DNA from: the human T2T-CHM13v2.0 reference genome, Homo sapiens
NCBI RefSeq assembly: GCF_009914755.1
Contig: NC_060929.1
Reading direction: 5' to 3' (one strand)
DNA length: 64,000 nt
The position numbers and the translations under genes were made by a program. The stretch's first letter is position 1. Every line of letters begins with the position of its first letter. Of the stretch, positions 1 to 14,204 are shown one piece after another. The notes below the pieces were generated by a model. The model worked only from the letters and a program-made list of their open reading frames with translations. It did no database searches and was not told the DNA's origin.

Positions 1-1737
1 ATTTACATTATTAATAATTTTCTTTTTTTGTAGGTATTTTGTGTTTATTTAAAAAACAGCATGTTTTTTTCTTAGTTTTTGAACATGCATTTAATAACTT
101 CGTTAAAGTTTTGGTCAGTTAAATCCAAAACCCAGAAACTCTAAAGATAGATAGTTTCTATTGTTTACCTAATTGTTTTTTGTAGTGTAGGTCACAGGTT
201 TCTGACTTTTTCTTTCTTTGAATGTCCAATAATTTTCGGTTGAAAACTGGGTAGTTTATATAATAAAATGTAGTGACTCTGATATATTCATCTGAGGATG
301 TTTTAAATTTTAATTCTATCAATAGTTGAAATTATACTTCCTTGGACTCAAATGTAATCTTCATTTCCTTTATAGTGTGCAACAACTTATATCTAAATTC
401 TGTTAGTATGGCCTCTACTGTTGCATTTTTAGCTTGGCCACCTGGCGGTTTCCCTAATTCTGTGTAATAAGCTGACTCAAACTTATTTTGAGAGTCTTTT
501 TTTATGCTCTTTGATGAGAAGTTCAGATTAGGTTGATCTATGAAAAATGAGGTACGCTAAATCAAGATGATGTCTTCTAAAAAAAGATTAATCTTTTTTT
601 TTCTGCCAGAGTATCACATGTGCTAACACCCTTAGTCTAATTTAGCACTCTTCTACGTTTGCTAGATGTTGCAGGTCCAAAATTGAAAATTCATTATGCT
701 ACTTGAAACACTGATTCTCATTTTACCTCTAGGTTAATGCTGATCTTTCCTTTTCCTACAGCTTCTAACTCTGTTTATCCCTCAAACACTCGAGCCATCA
801 TATGCCATCAAGACTGTATGTGTGTGTGTGTATACAGAAACATAAATATTATATATATACTTAAATATTTTATATATACATAAATATATATACATAAATA
901 TTTTATATATACAGTATATGTGTGTATATATGTATATATTAATATATACATATACTATATATAGCCTGTGTGTGTGTGTATATATATATATACACACACA
1001 TATTGTCTTGATGGCATGACTGTATGTATATATATATATATACACATACACATACACACATATATACATACACACACATATATAATACTTATATATAAGT
1101 GTATACATGAACTTTCAATTTTAATTTTAGAATTAATTCTGTGACAAAAATATGTGGGCGTGTGTTTGTATAAACTACATGAATATATTGCTATTCTATC
1201 TTGCACCAGCTACTTCCAGAATTTCCTGTGGGACAGTGGAAAGAGGAGAGGACACTAGAAACTAAAAATCTTTCTCCATCTGTTCAGCCACTGACACAAA
1301 TTGCTTTCCACATGTACAGCTAACCTGTAAAATTGTTTATATAACTTTACCATATTTCCTTCCTTGAACCTAATTGCATATGCCTTGTTCACTGTTCACT
1401 TTAGGACCCATATCTAGTGTTTTAAACAAGATATATCCTTTTTTTTCTTCATGGTGAGTCTCTATTCTCTATGAATTTTGTTTTATTCTGGCACTTCATG
1501 ATATCTGATAAGAGTTGGACCCTCTCACCACTCCCTACATTTATTCTCTTTATTGTTTTTCTATCCAGACTCTGCTGATCTGAGTTGTTTGGTGAACACA
1601 ACACATATTCCACATTATGGATTTAGTTTCCTTGGAGTATATTTTTTATTTTTTCTTTAATTTTCTTTGTGACAATTTGATAATTTATGAGAGGACAAGA
1701 ATGAAAATCCTGACACTCAGCAATGTTCAAAATTGAA
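1..1737 (-). mobile_element. Highly decayed ancient L1M (L1MC/MD/ME-type) 5' region, interrupted by a microsatellite
   Basis: T-rich sequence resembling antisense ORF1/5'UTR of old L1M (e.g. ttctttgaatgtccaataattttcggttgaaaactggg). Boundaries approximate. Confidence 0.45.
815..1107. repeat. Compound (TG)/(TA)/(CA) microsatellite, low complexity
   Basis: Directly visible; source of the spurious Y/I/C/V/T/H-rich ORFs. Confidence 0.95.
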
Positions 1738-2119
1738 TACATTATTAGTCTTAAATATTATTTGGGAGTTTTTTCCTCTTAAATAATTTCACCTCCAAAG
1801 ATTTTTTGATACTATTTCTTACTGGTCTCTCTTCTCTTTTGGTGGTTCTTTGATTTTCACTCTCTCAAATATTTTTTTCAAATATTGCAGAACCCATGAT
1901 TTTATTGTTTCCATGGGACAAACTGAGTAACTTCTCCAAGTTCCAGAGAAAAGTGACTTGGAACAAATTATCTTACTGTTCTTCTATCTGTGTAAGTTTG
2001 GTTTGACCTAATGAAGACAATATTAATTTTCTAATTCTTGTAAATTTAATATGTTTACCACATATGTGGACTAGAGTTAACACTATTCCAAGATTAAAAA
2101 TGTGTATGATGTCCTTCAT

Positions 2120-2545
2120 TTAGGGTTTGTTTATGTTTTATTTTTTCTTATCATTATATAGGTATTTTCTCTCTTGGCGGATAGAGACCACAGCGGTGAA
2201 ATTTATTTTTTATCACATATTATGGGTAAATAATATCAGCATGTCTTATTATCATTGATGTCAACCTTGATCACCTGGTGAAGGTAATATTTGTCAGGTT
2301 TGTCCACTGAAAAGATGCACTTTTTCCCTTTCCACATTGTTCTTTTTGAGCAGAAATCACTATGTGCAGCCTATATTTAGGAGGTAGAATATTATATCCC
2401 ATCCTCTTGAAGGGTGGAATAGCTACATATATAACAGAATTACTCTGCTTGCAGATTTGTCTGAAGCTCAATTTATTTATTTAATAATTTATTGATGTAA
2501 ATATGGAATTCTGGATATGTATTTTGTACTTTGTGTAATTAAGAT
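2120..2545 (-). mobile_element. L1MC4/L1MC5-type 3' end fragment
   Basis: gatgtcaaccttgatcacctggtgaaggtaatatttgtcaggtttgtccactg and aatcactatgtgcagcc resemble the antisense L1MC 3'UTR. Confidence 0.7.
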
Positions 2546-4833
2546 ATTTAACTTTATAACGTGAAAAATACATTCAAAGAATTTGCATAAATTATGATTT
2601 TTAAAAGTTGTATGGGTATTACTATTATTGTAGAAGTTTTATCTTAAATATTGCATATAGTTTAACATATCAATAAAAACAAACTATAAATTCAACTTCT
2701 AATCAGGAAATTTAGAATAAAAATAAAATACCAAGAGCCAGGTTTCTGACTGTGTTGTTTTGCCAAGAACTGCAAGGAAAGACTAAGAATTCATGTGCTA
2801 GAGATAAGTCTGCTTGTTTCTATGCCACTTTCTATTCTGCATTAGAATATTAAACTTGATCAGATAAGGTTGGAAGGGAAAGGAAAACAGCCAAATGATT
2901 TTTTGGGGGTGGTGCATACCAATACAAAAGTGCTTGTTTCTCATTTCCAGGACATAATTTGGGGGAAATTCGAGTGAATTATTAAGGCTCTTTATGTACA
3001 AGGTATCTAAACAGATAAACTGAAAAATAAACCCTTGTATCTTATGGTCAAGGCAGGGTACAAGTGGGATTAGAATTTTTCTGCCTATCCTACAGTGGGA
3101 TATAGAAGGTCTAAGAGCACCAATAGAGTGGAAGGGATTACAGTGGAGCTGAGAAAGCCACATAGTAAGAAGACCTCAATTACAGGAACAATGGAATTTA
3201 GTGTGTTATGTAAGCAGAATATCCAAGGAGACAATTTAACCAGAAACCTTTTAGTAGATTTGTAAAACAGCCCAATGGATAGATGAAAGAAGCTAAAAGT
3301 GGGTCACAGCTAGGGACAGCCAGGCACACCTAGTGCAATACTCGGAAGCATATAAGACATTTGGGACTTCAGATAAAAGCTATTGCTGAAAGAAAAGAGG
3401 AAAATAATTTAAGGGAAACCTGCAAGAATATGCATTTATATTAGGGATAATTAATTAATATGGTAGTAGACTAAAATTGGACATTGAAAATGACAGCAAT
3501 TCTGAGGTAGCAAAATTGGGAGTTTCTCTTCATCAAAAAGATTAAGAAATATCAGCAATTTAATTAAAAATCAAAATAATCTACATATATCATAAACTGG
3601 GATTTTCATACTTGAAGTTAGATGAGTAGAAACAACTGGACCCTCTGAGATTAAATGATGCACCTATCAAAAGAAAGAATGAGTCAGGTGACCTTAATCC
3701 TAGGGCTTAAAGTGTTTTGAGGGACTCATGGTTCTACGTAGCCAATGGCTGATGCTAAAAATCACTTTTACCCACTTGCATGTGTGAGCATCAGTAAAAT
3801 TAATGTTCATGAGACTACTCAGCAACGTGTGACAATAAAAATGTTTTTATTAAAGAATCCCCAGACCGAGGGGAATTATCATAGAACTATGTTAGCTTAG
3901 ATTGGTGAGCATCACTAGGAGATAGTCCATATATTGGCCACCAGGGCGACACAAAGGTTACTTTTAGGAAGTAGTAAGTGAAGAGTCTGGTTCAGAAAAA
4001 TCAATGACATGGCCCAGCCTTTTCTATATGGGATCCCATGATCTTCACATGTCTTTTGCAGAACATTCAGAGAAGAGGTAGAAGAAATAAAGACCAGGAT
4101 GTCGGGCCATCTAAAAATTCGTAATGAAATTTTGTTTCAGAGGGTGCGTTTGTGATGACCTGACTTTCCTGGGAGGTGGCCACTGACAGAGATAAAGTGA
4201 ATATACAATTCATATTCGAATGTGAGAAAACCAGGACATTCTTTGAGATGATTTCAAGATTGACACCTAAAGACATGATAAGACTTTCTGGTAATTTTGT
4301 AGGAAATGGGGATCTATTTTGTAATCATAAGCAGATATATTTAAATACGTTTATTGTACAGATACTCTTTTAAGATTTGCAACTTTAACAGAATCAATAA
4401 ATTCCAGTTACCTGCCCTCATTACAAAATTCTCTACTCATTTTTTTTGCCCAGCAACCAGCCAATCTTATTATTCTGAATGTGTAAAAACTATAAAGAGA
4501 GAATTCAGGAAAGGAAATGAATCATTAGACTCCCACAAAACAACTTTACAAGCTAACAATTTTACAAGTTAAACAGATATTTACAAAATGCTAAAATTTC
4601 AAATGATCTGTTATTTATGAAACTATATAATTATCATCAGATAATCCTTCTCTTAGGCTGTGCCTCACCTATTCTGGCATCTTTTATTCTTTATTAATCT
4701 TACGAGTGTGGGGATTAAAGTTGAATTTTCTGAACATGACTGTGGGGAGTGTATTCTTCTAAGACTATAAAAAGTCATTGTACTCTTATTGTGTGATAGG
4801 CAGATAATGCAATAAACAGTAATCTGAATCATT

Positions 4834-4860
4834 CACACACACACACACACACACACTCAC
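4834..4860. repeat. (CA)n microsatellite
   Basis: Directly visible. Confidence 0.95.
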
Positions 4861-5739
4861 AATAGTTTAAGTTCTATTTTATCAAGTGAGTGCTACTCTA
4901 AATTAATCACTCTGGTCAAGTTTAAACGACACACACCTATACCCAAATGTCAAATGAAATTGTTAACAAATACTGCATAGAACAATTTCTCCTGGAGATA
5001 TGTTTACAAATGACTGGAAAAAGAGAGACACTTTTATTACTATTGGTTATCAAGACACTTTCCTTTAACAGTGTTTTTGAAATATCTGACTAATGTGTTT
5101 GATAGATGAAGTACCTTTTTATAAACACTCTCAAGTATTCCTTTTTAAAACTGATTGATGCCAGTAAGCAGTCAGATGGTTAGCTCCGGGAACAAGAGCC
5201 ATTTATTCAGCATGATACACAGTGAGTCAGGAATTCCAAGAAATCAAGTGGGTGGTAATGGCTTAAGAAAAAAATGTTCTATTTAGAACAACATTAACAT
5301 TTTGGAAATCAACATTATATATTGCTCTGCCTTACTTACTAATCCCCAATTCATCAATATTCAGAAAAGTTTCTCCAGTAAAGTTTAAACTATGGATATA
5401 CTAAATTAGGCATCTGTTTATGACACTTGTTTTTAAGGGCATCAAGAATTTCCCTGAATTATTCCCCCTAGCCCAATTTCCCTCACCAATGTACATCCAA
5501 TGTCTGAATTTTTTCCATCATAAGTCAATTATTTTATGTACTGTAAAAGGAAGTTTTAGTACCAAGATATAAATGCCCAGTAAAAAATACTATAAAATAA
5601 TTTATTTATGGCAAAAATAACAGAAACAGAGAAAACTCATCAGGAAATAGTGTTTGTATACAAATCTCTGTGTTGAAGTAGGAAGTGGAATGGAACTCTA
5701 TTCTTTGTGAATGCCAGCTACTCTCAGCTGTCATCATGT

Positions 5740-5910
5740 TCAATTACCCAAACTCTTCTGAATTTATGGCTGAACATGTGACACAATTCTAAGAAATGCT
5801 ATATAAAGGAAAATTTCTGGGAAAGCATTTTACTTCAAAATGAAAACAGTGGAAGAAGAAAAGAGATTGCTCATGACTGCCTCTGCCCTTTCTGCCTTGT
5901 GGACCCCTGG
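5740..5910 (+). mobile_element. Old ERVL-type LTR fragment (LTR33/LTR16-like)
   Basis: catgtgacacaattct...ttctgggaaagcattttactt...ccctttctgccttg resembles the LTR33-group core. Confidence 0.45.
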
Positions 5911-7038
5911 GAAAACTAGTCCTGACAATCTCTCTGTCCCTTGGCCGAAATTCTTCGAATTATAATAATTATAATGGTAGTCTCCATAACCAAAATAATA
6001 TCATCATGTTTACACTAAAGTGTTCTGTTTATCCTTATTTCCTGCATTTTGAAGGAGAAAATGCTCCAGTGGAAAAAAGTGGCCATAAATACAGACTCTC
6101 TTCATTGCAATGTCCTGCTCTCTGGGACTGTGGCCTCTGAAGTTTTAGGTACCCCAGAAAAAACACTCTCTTTAAAATGGATGTTTGTATTTAATATGGA
6201 TTTAACTGTTATTCTCAAAGAATGGGTGGGTATGACTTCAGCTACATAAGTTCCAGTGCAACTCAAAGGAATATTCAGAAACATATTGTTCAATCATATG
6301 TATTGTTTTGAACATTTTATTATTCTATTAAATTTACCTTATTAATATGGTTTTAAGACATAGTATGTGAATGTGCAATAAGCATTTGACTATTTTCCTT
6401 TTGTCAGGATTTTTGTGTGTTTTTTTTCTTTTGGTATAATTATAATTAAAGTTGTAGTAAATATAATATCTGCACACATGTCTATTCTCATGAAGAATAT
6501 TTGTAATATGTACATATCCTAATGTTTCTTATATTTATAAAATTGCTTTATTGTTACAAATATTTTCTAAACATAAGTGCTTTTATTTTTTTTTATTTTA
6601 ATGACTGGTTAGTGGACATGAGGCAACTCTCCACATTATTGCTACATTTTTCTTTCCTTTTTTCTTTTTTCTTTTTTTTTAACCTTCAAGTCCTAACAAA
6701 TTGAATGGAGAGAAAGAATGGTTTTTCCTCCTGAGCAAACTTCCCAATCTAAAAAGTTAAAGGATTGTTTGTGCTTCCCTCATTTGACTGCATTCTTGGT
6801 TAGACCCAAGATCTAAAATAAAAAACATGATATTCTGTCAATTCTCTCTGAGACTTGGTAGTGATTTATACAAAACGGAAAGATGTTTCTGCCCTATCCC
6901 TATTTTAACTAGTCCTCAGTTAGGTCCAATGACTAAGCCTGGCCTCTGATGTTGAGTCCTGTCTCCTACCCTACTTTGTTGTAATGAAATGCACCTAACC
7001 AATTCTCTGCTTAGGCCTTTAACCTGAGTATGACACAA

Positions 7039-7039
<1 letters not shown>

Positions 7040-7081
<42 letters not shown>
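7040..7081. repeat. Perfect (CA)~21 microsatellite
   Basis: Directly visible. Confidence 0.97.
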
Positions 7082-7083
<2 letters not shown>

Positions 7084-8645
7084 TATTCAGGCAGGCAGAG
7101 TTTTCTTAGAGTTTTACTTGATGTAGAAGAAATAATAGGACTCTATACAGCTTCTGAACTATGAACTGTTGGTGTTAAAACTGCTGTTGTGCTAATGGTA
7201 CATTCAAGATTTTAATAAAGATTCACTTAAAATGTATTGCTTTTCTCATTACAAATTATTTAAGGGGTTTCAATGCATAAAAATTATTTTCATCATGACC
7301 AAAAACAGAGTAAACTACTTATAATGATCAGAGAGTTGCAATAGATATCCCCCTTTTCAAACTGGATGGGATATAGTATAATTTTTAGCAGAAACAAACA
7401 ATAACTTGCAAAAGTAAGCAAGGAATCATCTTGTGTAGAAAGTAAAAACTTAATTACTTTTATCATAATGGACCAGAATAATAGTTTTTTATGTTATTAA
7501 ATAAAACTTCTAATTCTTGGTGTTTTTATATCAAACATATGGATAATACTAAGCTATTAGGTAATAATTTTCCACTAAAAGTCTAAGTGATTAAAATAAT
7601 TTCAGAGATTAATTTTCATCATAATCATGTACCAATTTAAAATAATTCTCATGAAGATTTATTATCCTTTTCTGGTTATAACTTCTTTTGTGATGAAACT
7701 ACAGGAATACTTAAAAATTACATGTATATCAGTTGACGTTTTGTTAAAATAAAATGTCCCCGTTACTGTTCAATCACTTAACAAAAAAGGGAAAATGTAA
7801 CTTCAATGAGACTTCTTGAAGTAAAGTATTTTGCTATGCGTTTATGTATTTACAAAAACTCTACTGTAGCTCTGTCACATTTTTATGAGAAGAATATGAG
7901 AGACACAATATAAAAACTGTTGATTTTACAGTCTGTTAATGGTAGAATTTTGATATTATTAAAAAGTGCAAGCATTTGTAATTTCCCCTAAAAAGTGGCA
8001 AACAATGATTTACTTTACTTCATTTTCTCCTCAACTTTGTCTTAAACTATTCTACAAACTACACTAAATTGATCTAAAGTGGTGTGAAATTAATAAATAA
8101 ATCAAGAATCAGTGGGTCTCCTGGAGTCCGCTTGGTAGAAATTCAATAGAATGATAAAGGAAAAATGCCTAAAACAGTATCATAACTTAATAATCAACAG
8201 CCTGAGCTATTGTTTTTATTATTGATATCAGGATGTGTAGATTTACCTCCAAACATACAGTTTTTAACCAAGAATCTAAAGAGTCACATCCTTGAAAGGC
8301 ATAGGGATGCCCAGAGTCATAAAAATGGGTTTTCCAGAGTCCCTTAATTGTGAGAAAGTTTGTATTGCCTCTCACTGTGTGACAATAAAAAACTTGAATG
8401 GGATGATGTGATAGAAATAACATTTCTAATGCATAGGGGAATAGATAGTGTTTTTCACTCAATGGCGTAAAACAATGCAATAGTTTTCTATGTAAGAGAT
8501 GTAGGCAGTTTGTCTTTGTCAAAAGGACTTCCCTAAGCGATTTGCACAGATCACAAAAAGAAGTGGGAAATATATGGCAAAGTAGATGCTGGACATGATG
8601 GATGTACCAGCCAAACCTAATAGAGTGTAAAAGAAGAAAAGCAAA

Positions 8646-8650
<5 letters not shown>

Positions 8651-8676
<26 letters not shown>
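8651..8676. repeat. (AAT)n microsatellite
   Basis: Directly visible. Confidence 0.95.
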
Positions 8677-9222
8677 AAGAGAAAAAAGGAAAAGAAGTGT
8701 CATCAACTAGAAATGAAGAACTGAAACCTTTTTTATGGATTCTGGGAACAAAGTCAGCTGTATAATTACCTCTGCTAACATGAATGATATTGCAACATAG
8801 GTTTGATAGAAATGATTAGTTGATACAAAAAGTAATAAATATAAAATGAAATTCGATCATTCCTCAATACAATCTAGTTTCGGCTTCATTTCTTACATTC
8901 CAAGGATTTGTTTCTTATTATATTAATTGCTTGAAAAGAAAGATATGTGATTAATCATAATAAGCTGCGCATAGTAGCTAATTCTCATTAATAAATACAT
9001 ATTAATGTGTTTAATAATTGAAATAAGTAATAAACAGCAAAATAGTTTTGTATCTGGAACATAATGAGGTCTAGCTTATATGATACAAAATTTCTAAAAT
9101 AGAAACTATTTTTGTAAATTTTACAAAAAGGGCATAAAGTCTAATTATTTACTGGGGTTTACTGAGTAGCTAGGGAAATGGCTAGGATCAGAACCTTGGT
9201 GATGATTCTTGTTAAATATGTA

Positions 9223-9224
<2 letters not shown>

Positions 9225-9255
<31 letters not shown>

Positions 9256-9298
9256 CAAAGAGAGAGAAGAGAGAAAAACAGAGAGGAAGAGAGAAAGA
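9225..9298. repeat. (TG)~15 followed by GA-rich tract
   Basis: Directly visible. Confidence 0.92.
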
Positions 9299-9649
9299 CT
9301 CATAAAGCCTACTTTAATGTTTTGCTTTTACTTTAAAAATGTACCTTTTCATAGCCAATGTATGATATGTTCAGGTGACATCCAGAATCTTTCATTTCAA
9401 TTGCCAATGAGCTCCAATTACCCTATTTATAACTAGTTTCTAAGGGACATTAATAATAGTAAATATAGACTGATTGTAAAGTTGCTCAGCAATTAAACTA
9501 TAAATATGTATTAGATAACTGCTGTAAATTTAGTAGTGGAATATTTGCTGTGACCCCATTTTACGTTCTCAGGCAAATATCTAACCACTCATTCTTTAAC
9601 ATTGTATGATCCAACTATAAAACTATTTGCAACTTTCTTATTTACTTCA

Positions 9650-9982
9650 CAGTCTTTATTGCCTCCAGATCTCTACAAATGCCATTTCCTCTACTGTTAT
9701 TTTTCCCTTGCTAAGTTTAGTGGATGATTAAGGTCTTAGTGTACATGCTGCTTTTCAGACCCTCAAAGTTTGGGCTAAGCATATTCTCCTATAAGGATCA
9801 ATTGTATGGTGTGTTAACCCCTTTATAACAATTGTCTATGCAGTTTCTTGTCTTTCTTGTCAGGCTGTGAATTCTTTCTAGAACAGGCACATTTTCTGCA
9901 ATGTCAAAGTCCCACTGCCTAGTAATACAGAACCCAATACAAAACAAGTGTTCAATAGAGAAATGTTATATAAATGAATTGG
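9650..9982 (+). mobile_element. L2 3' end fragment
   Basis: ggctgtgaattctttctagaacagg...ccactgcctagtaatacagaacc...gtgttcaatagagaaatgttatataaatgaat resembles the L2 3' terminus. Confidence 0.6.
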
Positions 9983-10240
9983 TGAGGAGATGAAACAGAT
10001 ATGTATGTGGCACATAGATTAATGTTAGGAAAAGAAAGTACTATTTACATTAGTACCACACATTTATTGAACAATTTTATATTCTTTATTCTATTAAATT
10101 ATATCAACATTTTACAAATGAACTTCAGAGACATTAACTCCCCTCATATTTAGCTAATATATTGAGATTGACACATACATACAACAGAACAATAAATGTC
10201 AAATGTAAGCTTGTGTAAAATGCATCTTCTGATCAAATGT

Positions 10241-10392
10241 TTTATATATATGTATATATGTGTGTATGTACATATGTGTGTGTATATATATACACACACA
10301 CATATGTACATACACACATGCATATATATACACACATACATATATACACACACCCATATATATATGTGTATATATATATACACACACACACA
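10241..10392. repeat. Compound (TA)/(TG)/(CA) microsatellite with internal palindrome
   Basis: Directly visible. Confidence 0.95.
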
Positions 10393-10480
10393 AAAATAGA
10401 TGTGAGAGGGAAGTTTAGATTTGAGGATAAAGTGGGAAGTGAGATGTTTTTCAAATGTGTTGCTTAGGGAAAGAAAGTTC

Positions 10481-11242
10481 CATATCACTGATCATTAGAG
10501 AAATGCAAATTAAAACCACAATGAGAGACCATCTCTCACTAGTCGGAATGGTTATTACTAAAAAGTAAAAAAAACAACAGAAGTTGGTGAAGTTGCAGAA
10601 AAAAGAGAACACTTATATGTTGTTGGTGGGATTATAAATTAGTTCAACAATTGTGGAAAGCATTGTAGCAATTCCTCCAACAGCTAAAAGCAGAACTACC
10701 ATTCAACCCTGCAACCCCATTACTAGGTATATACCCAAAGAAAAATAAATCATTCTACCCTAAAGACATACACACCAATGCTTATTCCAGTACTATTCAT
10801 AATAGCAGAGGCATGGAATCAACTTAAATGCCCATCATTGACAGATCGTATAAAGAAAATATGGTACATATACACCATGGAATACTATGCAGCCATGAAA
10901 AAGAATGAGGTAATGTCTTATTTGGGAACATGGATGGAGTTGGGGCCATTATCCTCAGCAAAATAACACAGGAACAGAAAACCAAACACTGCATGTTCTA
11001 ACTTATAAGAGCTAAGTTATGAGAACTCATGGACAGAAAGAAAGGGACAACAGACACTGGGGCCTACTTAAGGATGGAAGGTGGGAGGAAGGAGAGGAAC
11101 AGAAAAAATCGTTACTAGGCTTAGCACCTGGGTGAGAAAATAATCTGTGCAACAGACCTCCATGATATAAGTTTACCTATATAACCAACCTGCACACGTA
11201 CACCTGAACCTAAAATAAAAGTTAAAAAAAAAAGAAAAAAAA
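10481..11242 (+). mobile_element. 5'-truncated L1PA15/16-type LINE-1 3' end with A tail
   Basis: ORF2 C-terminal remnant (ORF 10778..10966 WNQLKCPS...IWYIYTMEYYAA), 3'UTR ending cctgaacctaaaataaaagttaaaaaaaa. Confidence 0.9.
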
Positions 11243-11323
11243 GATCAAATGATATAACATTATCCAGACTGAGTAGTAAAATATTGCAGACAGCAATGAG
11301 ACATTAGACTTAACAAACTAGAA

Positions 11324-11491
11324 CAGGGTGAACAAACTTTTTGTAAAAGGCCACATAATAAATAATATGAAAGTAGCCATAGACAACATGTAAGTAAATG
11401 AATATGGTTGTGTTCCTATAAAGCTTTTTTAAAAAACAAAAACAGGCAATGGGCTGAATTGTGCCTGCATGCTGTAATTTACAGACATCTG
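11324..11491 (-). mobile_element. MER58A-like hAT-Charlie MITE, internally deleted
   Basis: caggg...aaactttttgtaaaaggcca...gaaagtagccatagacaacatgtaagtaaatgaat...gtaatttacagacatctg; CAG/CTG termini. Confidence 0.75.
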
Positions 11492-13647
11492 GACTGGAGG
11501 AAACTGCATAAATAGAGGTACTCTCTGGGAAAAAGGAGAGATTCTACATGAATCCTGAAGGATTAGATAAACCAACAGCAGACAGTAATTAACTGGCTCC
11601 ATCTGGTTTCTTAAGAGAACTATCATCTGGCCACATCTCCTCCTGACCCACCTAATGAAACATAATTCGTGTATCAATCTGTAAGAACATTTACCCTACT
11701 CACAGACATTTTTAAAACTCCTAAACCAACCTCTCAAAATCCCACAAAAATGCAAGACCTGAGAAATAGGTATTTATGCACTGTATGGTACTATTGTATG
11801 ATTTTAAATATGACTGTAAAATGAATATTTAATAGATCCTTTGCATTTCTGAGAGAAATTAGATAAACCTATTTTATTCCTTGTCTTTCAGTGATTTTGT
11901 TTTAATTTCTCTATAGAGAATGTAGAAATAACTGTATTTGATGAAATTTTATCTCAGCATAGTCAAAAGAATTGTAAAATTATATGCTTTATGTGCTTTC
12001 ATAATCTCTGTTAACTATCAAAACCCAGTGTATTATTAAATAATAACACAGTAGAGAACTGTGTGTTTTCATGTAATTTTATTTTATATATTTTAATTGT
12101 ATACTTTAAAATTTTGCGATATAGAATTATAAATCATAACACATACTCAAATAAATATGGGTCATTACTAAATACTTATCTTAAGTTTGCTTTCCTAATA
12201 GCTGATAAAATAATTATCTTTATTATGAAACCAAAATTGAAAAGTGATAAAATTCTAAAGAATGATATAAATTATGAAATACTCCTATATTATCTAATTG
12301 AATAAAATGAATAAGGGAATTTCTGATTTCCATCATTAGTGCATGACTTCTTGATATCTGATGCTTAAATAATTTTCTGTTAAATACACTAAAGATGTGC
12401 TAGACATATATAATATGCTTTGAAAATAAAGTCCGAAAACATCAAGGAAGCCCCCAAACCACTGCAATACTTACCAATTTAATTATAAAATACATAAAAA
12501 CTTAAGGTCTTAAACAGACTTATGTTAAAATAATTACACAGTCATAAAGATAAAATTTTAATATTATAATTTTTTTCTGGTGAAATTCTCATCACTTTAT
12601 TGTCTCAACAATTAAATTTTACATAAAATATTTAAAAATAACTTTTAACTTTCAACAATGTATTGACATAAGCTAGATGTCAACATGTTTTTCTTCTTTT
12701 ATGATTTACTAGATTGGATTAAAATGAACCCTAAACAAGTGTATTAAGTAGATATGTATATATCAACCAAAATAATAGTGGACATTAACAAAAAAACACA
12801 CATATATTCCATTTTAAAGAAATTGTACCACTTGTTCTAAATTGTATCCAAACGGTCATGGGAATCCAGAATCCAAGAAGTTGAAGACAAATGAAATTAA
12901 TTCATGTACACACTCCGTATTCAGGATGTAAACATCCAAAATATTTGCACACAAGCTTTTATTTGGGGAGAAAACTGGTCTCGCTATTGTTAGGAACTAG
13001 AATCTTTTCCTCACTCCTCAGTGTGCTCCTAAAATACTATCCACTAGAAATCAACAGACTCCTGTAAAAACAACGCTGACTTGCAGGATAACTGCAGAAT
13101 GGCAAATTGCATAATCAATGAATTTTTGTCAATGGGATTATGAGTATCAATATTGTGAATTTAATTAAATTAATGTCCAAGATATTGCATTACTAAAGCA
13201 ACTGTTCCAAGCTACAGTCCTCCTGTAACTACTGTCACAGCCACCCTGTGTGATGTCCTGGGTCCTGTGAACTAGGGATAAAGAGGTAGTTATCGCAGAT
13301 GAGCCCTTTGACACTGTCTGACCTGGATCATAATTATCGGTGCCTGCATCTTCAGAGGACATAGTTCTAGATGATTTCTAGTCACTTTATCTGTGTTCTT
13401 ATTTATACACTGTGATTTGATGTACTAATTCAGTTTCCTGTGGACCACTGTATAATTTTACAGGAGGCACAGCATGAAAATCAAACCTTGTTTTTGTAGT
13501 ATTGCTGTGAAATAAAAAAGAATGCCACTCTTATTTGAAAAAAAAAAAGATTATTGAAAACAAGGAATCAAAACTGTGGACTTCTTATAACCTGATGGTA
13601 ATTGGCTACAATTTGTTATTAATTTATATGCATCTACCATCTTAGAA

Positions 13648-13760
13648 CTGGCCACTCTATGTGTGGCCATGAGCAAATGGCAGTGGCATCACCTGGTAGC
13701 TTTTTAAGAACAGTAGAATCTCAGGCTACACCCCAAAACTACAACTTTTCTAGAATATTT
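13648..13760. mobile_element. MER5A-like hAT fragment
   Basis: gcagtggcatcacctggtagc...agaatctcaggctacacccca resembles the MER5A core. Confidence 0.65.
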
Positions 13761-14204
13761 TACTGCCACCCATAAGCTATTCACATTTCCTGAGCAACAA
13801 CTCTATTTCATACCCTGTACTAAATGATGGGAACAAGGTAAATTATCTCTGGTGCCTGCAATTGAAGGAGCTCATGGCCTGGTGAAAAAGACAGCAGGAA
13901 CTTAGCGCGATATTTGATGGAAAAAATGTGAAATAAAGAGTAAAAAAGAATTACATTTGTTCCCTTCTGGTGGTCAGAAAACCGGAGATATTGTGTCACC
14001 TTATTGTTCTTCAAACAGGGTGTATCTTTATGAGATTACAGTAAGGTATTTATTAAACTCCTTGCTTTCAGGGAGAGTACACCAAAACTGAGACTTTATT
14101 TATCAGGAAATGAACATAGTTTCTTTACTGGATGACATATCACCACAATCATTTCCTAAAGTTTTTGATTGATCAATATGTTCAATTTTATATATTTATA
14201 TATT

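Noticed and set aside
436-448. CTCF-like core (ccgccaggtggcc on minus strand); weaker ones near 3935 and 30847
   Set aside because: Short partial motif matches are expected by chance in 64 kb; no supporting context.
782-1206. ORFs of 83-108 aa
   Set aside because: Translations of dinucleotide repeats. The same applies to the ORFs at 10150-10488, 9209-9436 and 39471-39704.
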